Below are positions 27,401 to 35,172 of a DNA stretch of 64,000 nucleotides, one piece after another. Made by a program: the position numbers and the translations under genes. The notes under the pieces were generated by a model, which saw nothing but the letters and a program-made list of their open reading frames with translations, was not told where the DNA came from and ran no database searches. The stretch lies in NCBI RefSeq assembly GCF_040938485.1, contig NW_027271061.1, forward strand, positions 1,364,001 through 1,428,000, written 5' to 3'. Source of the DNA: Diadema antillarum. Lineage: Eukaryota. The stretch's first letter is position 1, and the number at the start of each line of letters is the position of its first letter.

Positions 27401-30400
27401 AGGGTAAGCGGGCCGTTGATTTGGTTGCGCATGTACACGTTGAGGGCGCCCGTTCCCGACCCTCGCATTAGGTAATAAAAGCGCATCTAGAACAAGATAA
27501 GAGTACGAAGTTACGTTCAGACAGTGATCCTTAACCTCGAGGATAAGCTGACTTCGAGGATAAACTGCTCTATGGTCTATATAGTCATAAGCTCTATGAT
27601 CATTTCGTCGACGAAATGACTAATGGCTATTTCGTCATTTCGTCGACGAAATGACTGATGATTTCTAACGAAATCGACCATGCGTCACTTGGCTCCCCAG
27701 AGAGCTTATCCTCGAAGTTGGCTTTCTGAACGTGACTACTGGCAGAAATTCGTTCACGTAACATGCCGCAATACACACAATTGGCAAAACGCAGACATGC
27801 TCTGACGCAGAAATAGACAGTCAGACAAAAAACAGATCCACATACATGCATGGACAAGGATGGAAGGCTATGATTTTTATTGCTGCAAGTCAAAGTAATC
27901 ATCTCAGTATCATAGTTGTGTCCAGTTCGTAATTTGCTGTTTTTGTTTGCTAAACAGGAAAGTTTGTACATAATAAAAATGGATAACTATCCTAAGAACA
28001 GACAGACAAAGTTATATCATTATTTTTTTCATGGACTAATCGTTAACAGTTCTGTCTCATTATTTTGTTTGAAGGAGTTATAAATTTCGAATCCAGCCAA
28101 ATTGGACCCACCTCGCAACCCGACGAAGTGCCCTGAATGTAATAACTTCCCAGTCTATATGTATCTCCAGGCTGGGCGCCATTCATTTCGGTGTAGACGT
28201 AGTAACCTGGTGAATGTGAAGAACAAAAAATTGTCGTGACATGAAAAAAAAACACGTTGACAAAAAGTTTAGCTTCGCCGATGGACAAGCTGTAGGTAAA
28301 CGAGAGAGATTTCAAGTTTCTTTTTTTTTTCGTAAAAGAGATTTTACCCCGATGAGAATAACTTCTAGAAATCTTTACCGTCTCATCAAAATAACTTCCA
28401 TTGTAATAAAGATTCGATCATCTTTTTTTCCTCTGATATGCATTCTCGGCTATCTTAAAAAAATAAAGAATATATATATATGTGATTATATCGAGAAATT
28501 AGAAGCTGAACTGGACAGTTACAATCTCTGAATATTTGGCTTTGGAAAAAGCAACGCTGTTGGGGAACTCCGACATAAGAGATATCGAGAAATGCAAGGA
28601 GGGACAATGAAAGAGATATATTGTTGACTGAGAACCAGAATAAATAGACAAATAGATTGTTCTCTTGCCTTTGTTTGATTTCGTGGTGTGGTCCTTGGAT
28701 GGTCCTGTACTCCCCGTTCCCGTGGTTCCCTTGTTTCTGGTCCAGTCGAAGTTGTCATCTTGGAGCTGGACCCAGTCACACATGTCTATCTCAAAGTCGC
28801 ACATGTTGTAATCAGCTGCGCGAAGATAAGAAAGAACAAATAATCGTTGCCTTTGAAGGAATGAGTTGCAAAGCGTATGACAAGAAGAATGCAATTTGTT
28901 ACTGCTACTCTTGTTATATTGTTTGACGGGGAAAACGAAAAACATAAAAAAGTGATGTCAGTAAACTTTCTCTCTCTCCCTCTCCAGTCCCTCCTCTACT
29001 GAAGGTTAGAAGTGCCACCGCAAAGATGATGATACTCGCCTTCTCGACCTTTTCGGATCGGAGAAAGAGACATCTATCTAGGTTTCATCTTCTAGACATC
29101 AAGGGTCCGAGAAGGCATAGAAAGTGAAATCTGAGATCTCGTCACCTCGACCTCTTCGGTCCGAGAAGGCGAAAAGACGAGACAATGAGAAAACAAGACC
29201 ATTAGATTTCACCTTTTTGCCTGCTCGGACCCCAAAAAGGTCAAAAAGGTGAGGAATCATCTCCTTTTCTCAGAGACACCAAAAAGCCTCCTTACTCTGC
29301 CCTTTGTTAGTTGGTTTGTTTGTTTTATTTCTGTCATAAAAACATACAAATGGAAATTTCTTTGAAAACATAACGAGTATAAAGAAATACAACGATATAC
29401 ATATGCAAATACGAGAAAATAAATAACACCGAAAGCTAAATGTGATGATACAGACAAAGAACATAAACAATAGTAACAAAGACAGGATAAAAGATAAGAT
29501 ATGACGGCTGGATAACCCATATTCAACGACACTATTATATTGCCGCTGGTATTCCACGGTCTTCCATGGTCTTCCATGGGATCCATCAAAGAGCAAGAAA
29601 AAGAGAGTGAGGTCTTGAAGAATAAGATAGGCAGACAAAATGATAGCAAAATTTGCAGCTACTTTACCACAGAGCGCCGGATCTTCGTCAGTGCCGTCGC
29701 AGCAGTTGAGGGTGAAGTCACAAGTCTCCCCGTCCGGGTAGCAATGTCCGGAGTCGCACATCTCGCTACCCGCATCACATGTCTCCCCCGTTGCCAGGGG
29801 CAACGTGTAAGCACAATCAAAGAAACGGAGGTCGTCGACCGCATAACCGCCTATGTTGGCCCCGTTTTGGGTGTCTTTGGCCTCGATAAGCAGCTGAAAA
29901 AGTAACACAAATAAGAGTATCTACCCGATGTGTCCCAATTTCAGTATTACATTGCAAATAGAGGCTGCCACACATAGTATGCGTTGTTTCGAGGTATGTG
30001 AATAAAGCTTCTGTCATTTTCGTTTTAATAGCTGTAATGGTAGCTTCAAGTAACCAAAGAGTTACTCCGCTTAGCAACCTGGGGTCATCGTTAAGGTGGC
30101 ATGAGTACAGGCAAACGGGTATCAAAGTTGATCGTTCTCAACGCCAATGAGTGCATGTATAGAACACCACAAAAAAAAAAATGAATAAATAAAAGAAAAG
30201 TGCATTTTTTATAATGGAAGTAATCTGAGTCACTGCATTACTTGAAATTATGATAATTTCTACTGACATAGATTACACATATTTTCTACATAAAGATAGG
30301 TTTCCTACCCTGTCTCCCTGTGACAGCAGGAGGTTTACATAACAGTCTTAATGCGACGTGATATCTAATGTCAATCTTATGATCAAACTGTGGACAAATA

Positions 30401-32660
30401 GAATAGTGTTCTGTAACCGAAATAGACTAGTGCTCTCTAACCGAACCTACTGGCTATTTTGATTACTTTAAAAGCCCCCTTACTCTAAAACTTTCAGCAC
30501 ACGCCGCCACCTCCACCTCGTAATAATTCCACCTGTCCAGTGTGTCGGGGTTCTCAGTCTTGTCTTCGGCGGTGAGGAGGTTGTAGTTGCGCCCGTCGGA
30601 GGGCGTACTTTGGAAAACTTTCAGCGTTCCGAAGTCGGCCCCGAACACGAAGTACCAGAAACTGAAACGGCAGCCCCGGGCAGCACGGCTGTAAGCCGGG
30701 CTGCGGATGCGCGTGTAGTCGTCCTTCGTGGTATTCGACGAGTCCACATAAATGTAGTGACCTACCATAGCCAAAGAAAATAGCGTGAATGAAATATCAC
30801 CAAAGTTCATAATTTCACAGTAATGATATGCATGAAAGTGATGCTAGTAATGATGATGCTTAATGTAGATAAAAGTATTATAACGTTGGTATCATCAATG
30901 TAAATAAAAACAGATCAATTATCATGATGATCGTTATCTTATTTATATAGCTATTGCGTGCAGTTATTACTTTCATAATCACAATCTTCATCATAATAAC
31001 GTAGAGAAGCAATAGGTGTTATGCGATGCACATTAATTTATCTTCTAGAAAGAATCAAAACAAGCCCATAAAAGTTTACAGCCAACTGGAACACCGTGAT
31101 GTGCGATATACATAGCAGTCAGGTAGTTCAGACGGTAGTCTTCGAAGTTGTTAAACGACAATGCTATTTTCTTCACCGTTCACGCTGTTCAACGTGTGGT
31201 CTGTTGCCGGTCCAATGTACGAGTCCGACAGCTCGTCTCGGTCTAGGAGCGTCCAATCAAACATGTCGTTGGTCAACTGGTACCAGAAACACAGACCGTC
31301 CTCGAAGCTACATACAGATGCTGCGTGAGAATACACATATCAGAATTAATCAGAGAATAAATGTAAACAACCAAGTATAATGTGTAAGTTACGAAAACAA
31401 AAGTATAATCTCGAATGCCTGTATACATTCGGAATTATATCCATTATTTTGACCTGTCTGCAAACTGCAAACGTATTTCAAGTATGAAAATATAATGCGA
31501 GAAGTTGTCTCAAGCCTACATTTTTCGGTCCTGTCCACTTCTCATTACCATTTTGATTGGGCGTCATGCATTCTTTATCCCGGGCTTTTATTCATGTTTG
31601 TTCTTGAGACTTCATATGCGGGACGCACCTGTCTGTGCCTATTCTGCACTCCTCCTATATACGTCTTTGTCTCTGCTGTCTATTATGTCGGGCAAGTTAT
31701 ACTCTTCTATACCCCCTGGTAGGGCGCTGAACTGTGTATACTTCTTAGTTCTTCTTATTTCTCTTCTATTCTCAATTCAATGTAACATTTATTTGACAAT
31801 AGCAACACTGTATCATGTCTATTTGTACGTGAATATGTGAATACATTATCCTGTAATCTATAGTCACATATATGTATGTATGTATGTATTGCGAGTTGAT
31901 CTGGCAAGCCTGGTATCGGAAAGTTTCTATCGCCCTCTATTTCTTGCTCTTTCTGTCTCTCCTATTATCCCCCTTATCCACGAGCATCATGTTGGACCCC
32001 CCTTCTCTTATTGCATTAACGTATTGTATCATCGGTTGCCAAAGGGTCAAGCTTATAGCTTATTTAGTGGCGACCGTTCTGTATGTTAATTCATAACACA
32101 TGTAGTGTAATTATGTCACAGATGTATGTGTAATCGAAATTGCTGAAATTGTAGAAACTATAGTTATAATGAGTATCATATTTGTATATGTCGTCGGCCT
32201 TATGCCAAAAGGACCTTAAAGAACCTCCCCTGTTATGCCAAAAGGGCACGAATAGAGTACAAAGTCTACAGCGTTAAGAGCCTTTGGGCATAACATTGGA
32301 AGTGGTTTAAGGCCCTTTTGGCATAAAGCCGACGATATTATGTTTGATTATGTTGATAAAAACAAATCGTAAATGATGCCATACGGAGAATAAATCCAAT
32401 CAAATCAAATAAAATCATATGAATTTCCTGCATTTTTGCAAATCTACATTTTCTTTGGCAAGTTGCACCTTTAATAGGGTGAGGAAAAAAGCCACAAATG
32501 TTTTCAAAAAGTCACATGTTAATCGGATCGAAAACAAGAGCAACAGGATACTTACGGCAGGTAGCCTCGTCCCCACCATCGGGACAGTCCTCACGGAAGT
32601 CGCAGAAGTTCTCCTGCGGGATGACGGACCCATCGCTACAGGTGTAATTCTGGGAGGCAA
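79..32660 (-). CDS. MAM and LDL-receptor class A domain-containing protein (MALRD1/apical endosomal glycoprotein-like); 37 visible coding exons, partial at both ends
   Basis: Phase-compatible chain of AG/GT-bounded exons (one GC donor) gives LDLa1-MAM1-LDLa2-...-LDLa9-MAM9. MAM motifs: CDFE..LC.W, DHT...G.Y.Y, F.Y.M.G...[11 protein letters not shown]. LDLa motif: CD...DC.DGSDE..C. Orthology to MALRD1 not established. Confidence 0.93.
963..1153 (-). CDS. MAM/LDLa gene exon 36: MAM9 middle
   Basis: GYYMYIDTS...[28 protein letters not shown]; phase 1-0. Confidence 0.9.
1833..1976 (-). CDS. MAM/LDLa gene exon 35: MAM9 N-part
   Basis: [22 protein letters not shown]...[10 protein letters not shown]; phase 1-1. 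Confidence 0.9.
2150..2490. repeat. (ATT/ATC)n low-complexity microsatellite flanking an assembly gap (N 2303-2435)
   Basis: Degenerate tat/cat triplets on both sides of the N run. Confidence 0.8.
2527..2773 (-). CDS. MAM/LDLa gene exon 34: MAM8 C-part + LDLa9
   Basis: IVLEAING...EIALDDLSF...[16 protein letters not shown]; phase 0-1. Confidence 0.92.
3408..3587 (-). CDS. MAM/LDLa gene exon 33: MAM8
   Basis: [18 protein letters not shown]...SDQDFE; phase 0-0. Confidence 0.9.
4178..4275 (-). CDS. MAM/LDLa gene exon 32: MAM8
   Basis: [33 protein letters not shown]; phase 1-0. Confidence 0.9.
4750..4899 (-). CDS. MAM/LDLa gene exon 31: MAM8 N-part
   Basis: [26 protein letters not shown]...[10 protein letters not shown]; phase 1-1 (absent from ORF track). 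Confidence 0.9.
5461..5583 (-). CDS. MAM/LDLa gene exon 30: LDLa8
   Basis: [36 protein letters not shown]; phase 1-1. Confidence 0.92.
5893..7527 (+). CDS. Reverse transcriptase of the RTE element (open frame, N-terminally truncated, no ATG at the 5' end)
   Basis: Stop-free frame from [12 protein letters not shown] (5893) to TAA at 7525-7527, 545 codons including the stop. Confidence 0.8.
   Translation, partial: EDRKRKWLAHFKVLLGQPPLLTQNIGEVKQIFDDLEISEEPFTLKELQIAKENITEGKAYGEDGISPEVMKRCDFNEIILGFCNEALNEMVAPVQWGISNIIPVPKKGDLTDINNYRGISLTSVVAKTLNRIILNRIQPEVDTKLRTNQNGFRKGRSTTSHILTLRRILEGARAKNLSAVMVFIDFRKAFDSIDRGTLKRILLAYGIPKKIVDLIFLLYTNTRATIITPDGNTEYFEILAGVLQGDTLAPYLFVIAVDYCMRLALEKKPDLGFTLTPARSRRVKAKKISDTEFADDIALLTNTVKDAEELMREVEAVSASVGLTMNEQKTKYLVENIDEPGGITSMGGQPIELVNDFLYLGAKIRNSEEDVDARKRKAWAACHSLKTVWKSDLRKDLKVRLFTATVESVLLYGSETWTMTRRLTKILDGCYTRMLRMALNINQYTMRITNSELYGSLPKVSSKVAQRRLRLAGHAQRHPELTLHTVLLWEPLHGRARRGRPRRTYVDTLRNDTGLHDTKDIASVMENRERWRDIIHGSREYYPT
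5893..7541 (+). mobile_element. 5'-truncated RTE-clade non-LTR retrotransposon in a MAM/LDLa intron, antisense to the host gene
   Basis: RT motifs [51 protein letters not shown]-type C-terminus GH..R...W.P..G...RGRP. Short (AAGT/AAGTC) tail right after the stop. No endonuclease domain; no TSD identified. Confidence 0.88.
7749..7960. repeat. Direct tandem duplication, about 105-bp unit x2
   Basis: Two copies of gctttgctgttataaatacc...cagctaaagaggt, differing only in poly-C length. Confidence 0.9.
8167..8251 (-). CDS. MAM/LDLa gene exon 29: MAM7 C-part
   Basis: [28 protein letters not shown]; phase 0-1. Confidence 0.9.
8849..9102 (-). CDS. MAM/LDLa gene exon 28: MAM7 middle
   Basis: GFYLTADNS...[21 protein letters not shown]...GTDFR; phase 1-0. 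Confidence 0.9.
9410..10045. mobile_element. Foldback MITE (about 139-bp inverted arms, 10-bp loop) embedded in (TA)n and interrupted by a SINE
   Basis: Termini ctctctaaaaaaa / tttttttagagag. With the SINE removed the arms match with 3 mismatches. Internal gagtgaa repeats. Confidence 0.88.
9636..9980 (+). mobile_element. tRNA-derived SINE with Deu-domain core (DeuSINE)
   Basis: A box tggctcagtcgg and B box ggttcgaaccc. Core cggataggacataaaatggaggtcccg...gcacgtaaaagatccc...gagcagggtg resembles the Deu domain as I recall it. (AAC)n tail; AAA duplicated at both ends. Confidence 0.82.
10084..10221. other. Assembly gap (138 N); other gaps at 2303-2435, 39843-39994 and 57438-57575
   Basis: N runs, each bordered by cat/atg-type sequence. 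Confidence 0.98.
10421..10597 (-). CDS. MAM/LDLa gene exon 27: MAM7 N-part
   Basis: [16 protein letters not shown]...[10 protein letters not shown]; phase 1-1. Confidence 0.88.
10605..11156 (+). mobile_element. Helentron/HINE-like non-autonomous element with internal 150-160-bp tandem units
   Basis: About 3 tandem units (ctgtgtagaag at 10638, 10796, 10944), a (GGAC/AGAC)n microsatellite, and a 3' hairpin tcccctgctcgaactcgttcggcgggga. Family assignment is inference. Confidence 0.6.
11331..11401 (-). CDS. MAM/LDLa gene exon 26: LDLa7 C-part
   Basis: [23 protein letters not shown]; phase 2-1. Confidence 0.88.
11941..12052 (-). CDS. MAM/LDLa gene exon 25: Pro/Thr linker + LDLa7 N-part
   Basis: [37 protein letters not shown]; phase 1-2. 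Confidence 0.85.
12442..12529 (-). CDS. MAM/LDLa gene exon 24: MAM6 C-part
   Basis: [29 protein letters not shown]; phase 0-1. Confidence 0.9.
12881..13054 (-). CDS. MAM/LDLa gene exon 23: MAM6
   Basis: MAFFYLLYG...[18 protein letters not shown]; phase 0-0. Confidence 0.9.
13196..13293 (-). CDS. MAM/LDLa gene exon 22: MAM6
   Basis: [33 protein letters not shown]; phase 1-0. Confidence 0.88.
13632..13938. mobile_element. MITE with 20-bp TIRs and many internal cacactgtg repeats (CMC/EnSpm-like)
   Basis: ccctactggaaagaacacag vs reverse complement of ctgtattctttccagcaggg (18/20); TT on both flanks. Confidence 0.78.
14003..14158 (-). CDS. MAM/LDLa gene exon 21: MAM6 N-part
   Basis: [26 protein letters not shown]...[10 protein letters not shown]; phase 1-1. 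Confidence 0.9.
14529..14645. mobile_element. Short near-perfect palindromic element (MITE-like)
   Basis: tatggggagccaagtgtcgcatggtctctttcgttacgaaatcagtcattt ... aaatgactgatttcgtaacgaaagagaccatgcgacacttggcgccccata. Confidence 0.8.
14781..15146 (-). mobile_element. Second DeuSINE-family copy (internal deletion, different 3' tail)
   Basis: Shares ggctcagtcggtagcgcgtctgcctc and actgagcaatgttgtgtgtaaacat with 9636-9980; tail ends in atggatgaatgaa. Confidence 0.8.
15248..15458 (-). CDS. MAM/LDLa gene exon 20: MAM5 C-part + LDLa6
   Basis: FKITKQ...[11 protein letters not shown]...[17 protein letters not shown]; phase 0-1. Confidence 0.88.
15984..16249 (-). CDS. MAM/LDLa gene exon 19: MAM5 middle
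   Basis: GYYMYVSP...SCIVSFYF...RRTRPWQ; phase 1-0. Confidence 0.9.
16765..16911 (-). CDS. MAM/LDLa gene exon 18: MAM5 N-part
   Basis: [24 protein letters not shown]...DHTLGTENG; phase 1-1. Confidence 0.9.
17819..17950 (-). CDS. MAM/LDLa gene exon 17: LDLa5
   Basis: [38 protein letters not shown]; phase 1-1. Confidence 0.9.
18522..18689. mobile_element. PIF/Harbinger-like MITE
   Basis: Perfect 18-bp TIR ggggtgttgcaagaaagt / actttcttgcaacacccc; flanks TAA and AAA. Confidence 0.78.
18748..18865 (-). CDS. MAM/LDLa gene exon 16: MAM4 C-part + linker
   Basis: [26 protein letters not shown]...; phase 0-1. Confidence 0.9.
19003..19159. mobile_element. MITE with CAGTGGCGGATC / GATCCGCCCCTG termini and a 6-bp TSD
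   Basis: TIR match 11/12; caaacg directly flanks both ends (18997-19002 and 19160-19165). Confidence 0.8.
19416..19580 (-). CDS. MAM/LDLa gene exon 15: MAM4
   Basis: [18 protein letters not shown]...LSSDFQ; phase 0-0. Confidence 0.9.
20189..20286 (-). CDS. MAM/LDLa gene exon 14: MAM4
   Basis: [33 protein letters not shown]; phase 1-0. Confidence 0.9.
21501..21653 (-). CDS. MAM/LDLa gene exon 13: MAM4 N-part
   Basis: [15 protein letters not shown]...[10 protein letters not shown]; phase 1-1. Confidence 0.9.
22021..22243 (-). CDS. MAM/LDLa gene exon 12: MAM3 C-part + LDLa4
   Basis: MVIDVED...[10 protein letters not shown]...[18 protein letters not shown]; phase 0-1. Confidence 0.9.
22453..22721 (-). 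CDS. MAM/LDLa gene exon 11: MAM3 middle
   Basis: GHYIYVDG...[12 protein letters not shown]...PPCSANFQ; phase 1-0. Confidence 0.9.
23774..23914 (-). CDS. MAM/LDLa gene exon 10: MAM3 N-part
   Basis: [24 protein letters not shown]...[10 protein letters not shown]; phase 1-1. Confidence 0.9.
25334..25450 (-). CDS. MAM/LDLa gene exon 9: LDLa3
   Basis: [38 protein letters not shown]; phase 1-1. Confidence 0.88.
26111..26234 (-). CDS. MAM/LDLa gene exon 8: MAM2 C-part + Pro-rich linker
   Basis: [41 protein letters not shown]; phase 0-1 (absent from ORF track). Confidence 0.9.
26378..26952. mobile_element. Non-autonomous DNA transposon with long degenerate TIRs (Kolobok-like)
   Basis: acatgtgg.ttgag.gaatgca.caatattag.agaacacatcagtgaaagtttg present in inverted orientation at both ends; right end tgtccttaa. 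Confidence 0.65.
27322..27486 (-). CDS. MAM/LDLa gene exon 7: MAM2
   Basis: [18 protein letters not shown]...SSDDDFQ; phase 0-0. Confidence 0.9.
27547..27722. mobile_element. Palindromic MITE-like element related to 14529-14645
   Basis: Shares aaatgactga...taacgaaa..gaccatgcg.cacttggctcccca; outer inverted repeat acttcgaggataa / ttatcctcgaagt. Confidence 0.6.
28112..28206 (-). CDS. MAM/LDLa gene exon 6: MAM2
   Basis: [32 protein letters not shown]; phase 1-0. Confidence 0.9.
28669..28815 (-). CDS. MAM/LDLa gene exon 5: MAM2 N-part (GC donor)
   Basis: [16 protein letters not shown]...[10 protein letters not shown]; donor AAG|gcaaga. Confidence 0.85.
29668..29893 (-). CDS. MAM/LDLa gene exon 4: MAM1 C-part + LDLa2
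   Basis: LLIEAK...[10 protein letters not shown]...[18 protein letters not shown]; phase 0-1. Confidence 0.9.
30484..30761 (-). CDS. MAM/LDLa gene exon 3: MAM1 middle
   Basis: GHYIYVDSS...[18 protein letters not shown]...AACAESFR; phase 1-0. Confidence 0.9.
31177..31320 (-). CDS. MAM/LDLa gene exon 2: MAM1 N-part
   Basis: [22 protein letters not shown]...DHTLNSVNG; phase 1-1. Confidence 0.9.
32031..32416 (+). mobile_element. 3' UTR fragment of a CR1/L2-type LINE with (ATCAA)n tail, interrupted by a MITE
   Basis: Homologous to 37459-37700 (atcggttgccaaa...gtcaagctt...cgttctgtatg...acagatgtat...gagaataaatc(c)aatcaaatc). Confidence 0.65.
32187..32338. mobile_element. MITE nested in the LINE 3' fragment
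   Basis: About 25-bp TIR atgtcgtcggccttatgccaaaagg / ccttttggcataaagccgacgatat; TA flanks. Confidence 0.78.
32556..32660 (-). CDS. MAM/LDLa gene exon 1 (first visible): LDLa1
   Basis: cacag|...|gtaagt, phase 1-1; [34 protein letters not shown] (lacks the C1-C3 pair). Confidence 0.88.
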
Positions 32661-34563
32661 CTGTGTGAGAGAAGAACCAGGAGCAATACCGGGAAACCAT
32701 GGTAACCATTGATGATGTTGGTAAATTGGTAGTAGTAATGATGGGGATGTTGGTTGCCATGAGGTTGGTGGTCGAATTGATGAGGAGTGGTGGTAATGGA
32801 GTTGGCTTTGACAGCGATAATGGTGGCAGGTGGTAACGGTGATAGGGTTGACAGTGATGATTATGATGGTGGATAATCAATGATGATGACAGTGTTTCTG
32901 ATGACGATGGTCATGTATACATGGTGAAGGTGTAGTTAATTATAGTGCTGGTGATAATGATGCTGGTGGGGATAGTGAAATGGCCGTGATGGCAATGCTG
33001 ACATGCATGTTGATTGCGATTATGAGGAAGTGTTTTAAGTGCCTGCGTTAGATAACAAATAGTATCATATCAAAACTGATTAGAAGTGTTTTAATGCTGT
33101 CATTAGCGACGTAATCAAAGCATTTTCTAGTAATAATATATACTACGTTCAGAAGTAAGTCACTCTTGTTGAAAATCTCAGTAAATTCGATTCTGACAAG
33201 TGAATCAACACTTCTTGAGCCATTTTACTGAGATAGCAAAGGGAAATCATACGAGTAAAATTAGCAGAATGTTTATATTACTTACTGTGTTCCACGCAAT
33301 AGCGGTAAACTATCTAGTCATATTCATTTTTTTTTTCTACCTACTAAGTGGCCTGGAAATAGTTTGCCTTACTTAGTAGTTGTTTTGCTGTCATTATCAA
33401 TATTTAAAGTTTGCATTTGTTTAGCCTTCTTCTCTCAATATGCTTTCATTCATAACGAAAACTCATACGGGACAATGTCACCATGGGTAATCTTTCGTCT
33501 TGAAACGAATGCCTGCATCATACGTCATTTTAGCAGCCGTAAACCATTGTATTATAGTCATTATTCAAATCAGTTATTATTTCTTGTATTCTTCCACATC
33601 AATCGAATTTTATGATACTGTTCTTACCTGACTTTATTCCAGATAGTGCCACAAGGAAAATAAATACCACTTCAGCCGGAACACGACTCATCTTTGCATC
33701 TCTGGTTCAGAAAGTATTTCAAAAAGGGAGATGTAACCTTTCAACCTCAATATTTGCCTATTTCAATTCTGGCCAGAGGATGTACACATCTGACAAAATG
33801 CTGTCAGAACATTTTGTGAACAGATGCCCGACGAGACGTAGGCGCTTGAATGCTGCAATCGGCTGATTTGTAACCCAATATCAGTCAAAGTAATGCCATC
33901 AGAGGGAGGCGGCTCCGGTGGGGTTGTTTGTATTTGGTTATGTCTTGGTAAATCTTTTTGATGATAGCAAATTTGTGCCACTTCGTGTCTGCATGACTTT
34001 GTCGTTGTTGTGTTTTGCTTTTCACAGAGTACCTGACGGGATTTAAAAGATAATACTTGTCCCTGACAGATATGCTTGATCAAAGGTGACCCTCACATCA
34101 AAACAAAAACTGTTCAAACCGACCCTATTACATAACCTTAGGTGGCATCATTTTTACGTGCCCCTTGATCTTGTTATGAATTCGACAAAAAGTTTGTTGA
34201 CGTGCTCTGATGTTCGGATCAACGTATCAATCAAAAACTGCATTTACGAAGTGAAATTAAAAGATTAGAAATTGATAATGGTGACATGAAATTTGAGCCT
34301 CCAGTAATTAAGATTCCTCACAAATGATGTTGCTTTATGTATAAGCATCAGAAACAAAGCTTATTATAATGCTATCAAGGAGTTATACGTCTGTCATGGC
34401 CTTTCATTTCTCCCTCTCTCCCTCTCTTTCTCTCTTCATCCATATATATCGAGCTATCTTTCTGTTTATCATTCTCTATCTATCTATCTTTTTATCTATA
34501 TTTTTTCCTCTTCTTGATCCATTGGGAATCCTAGCCAGTTTCTTCCGACAAGAAGGTTTACTA

Positions 34564-35172
34564 TTAAGAAGAAATCAACCCAAAAATAGATAAACTTTAA
34601 AAGACAGAAAAAAATATTCACTGCAGAACGACACAAAAATGAAAAAATAAAATAGGATAAGAAATAAGGAAGATATGACGTTGTGATATTTCATATTTTT
34701 CGGAAAATATTTCTTGACCATTCCTTATGAATACTCAAATGAGCGAGTTAATGATGTCATACCTCACAATATTTCATGTATGTTTTATATGAAATTCGGA
34801 AAATTGTTATTATTAGCTAATACAAATAGAGGTATATTCTTATACCTAGATATAACAGAGTCAACATTTTGTTCTTGAGGCAAGTTTTAAGGCAAGTTTT
34901 TGATTTATACGGCTGAAGTATGAGATTTTTTTGTCATTTCTGTATAATATGAAATGGATAAGAAATTGTGAGGCCATTACATCGCCAACTTGCTCATTTG
35001 AATATGCATAAGGGCTGGTCAAGAAATGTTTTCTGAAAAAATGTGAAATTGCTTTATGTCATTATATCTTCCTTGTTTCTTATCCGATTTTTGTCATTTT
35101 GTATAGTTATGTAGGGAATATTTTCCTTTTTCTTTTGAAGTTTATTCATTTTGGGATGGAATTCCTCTTTAA
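34564..35172. mobile_element. Non-autonomous DNA transposon with long TIRs (Kolobok-like, TTAA ends)
   Basis: ggataagaaa.aaggaagatat...ttcttgacca..ccttatg.ata.tcaaatgagc.agtt inverted at both ends; termini ttaa...ctctttaa. Confidence 0.7.
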
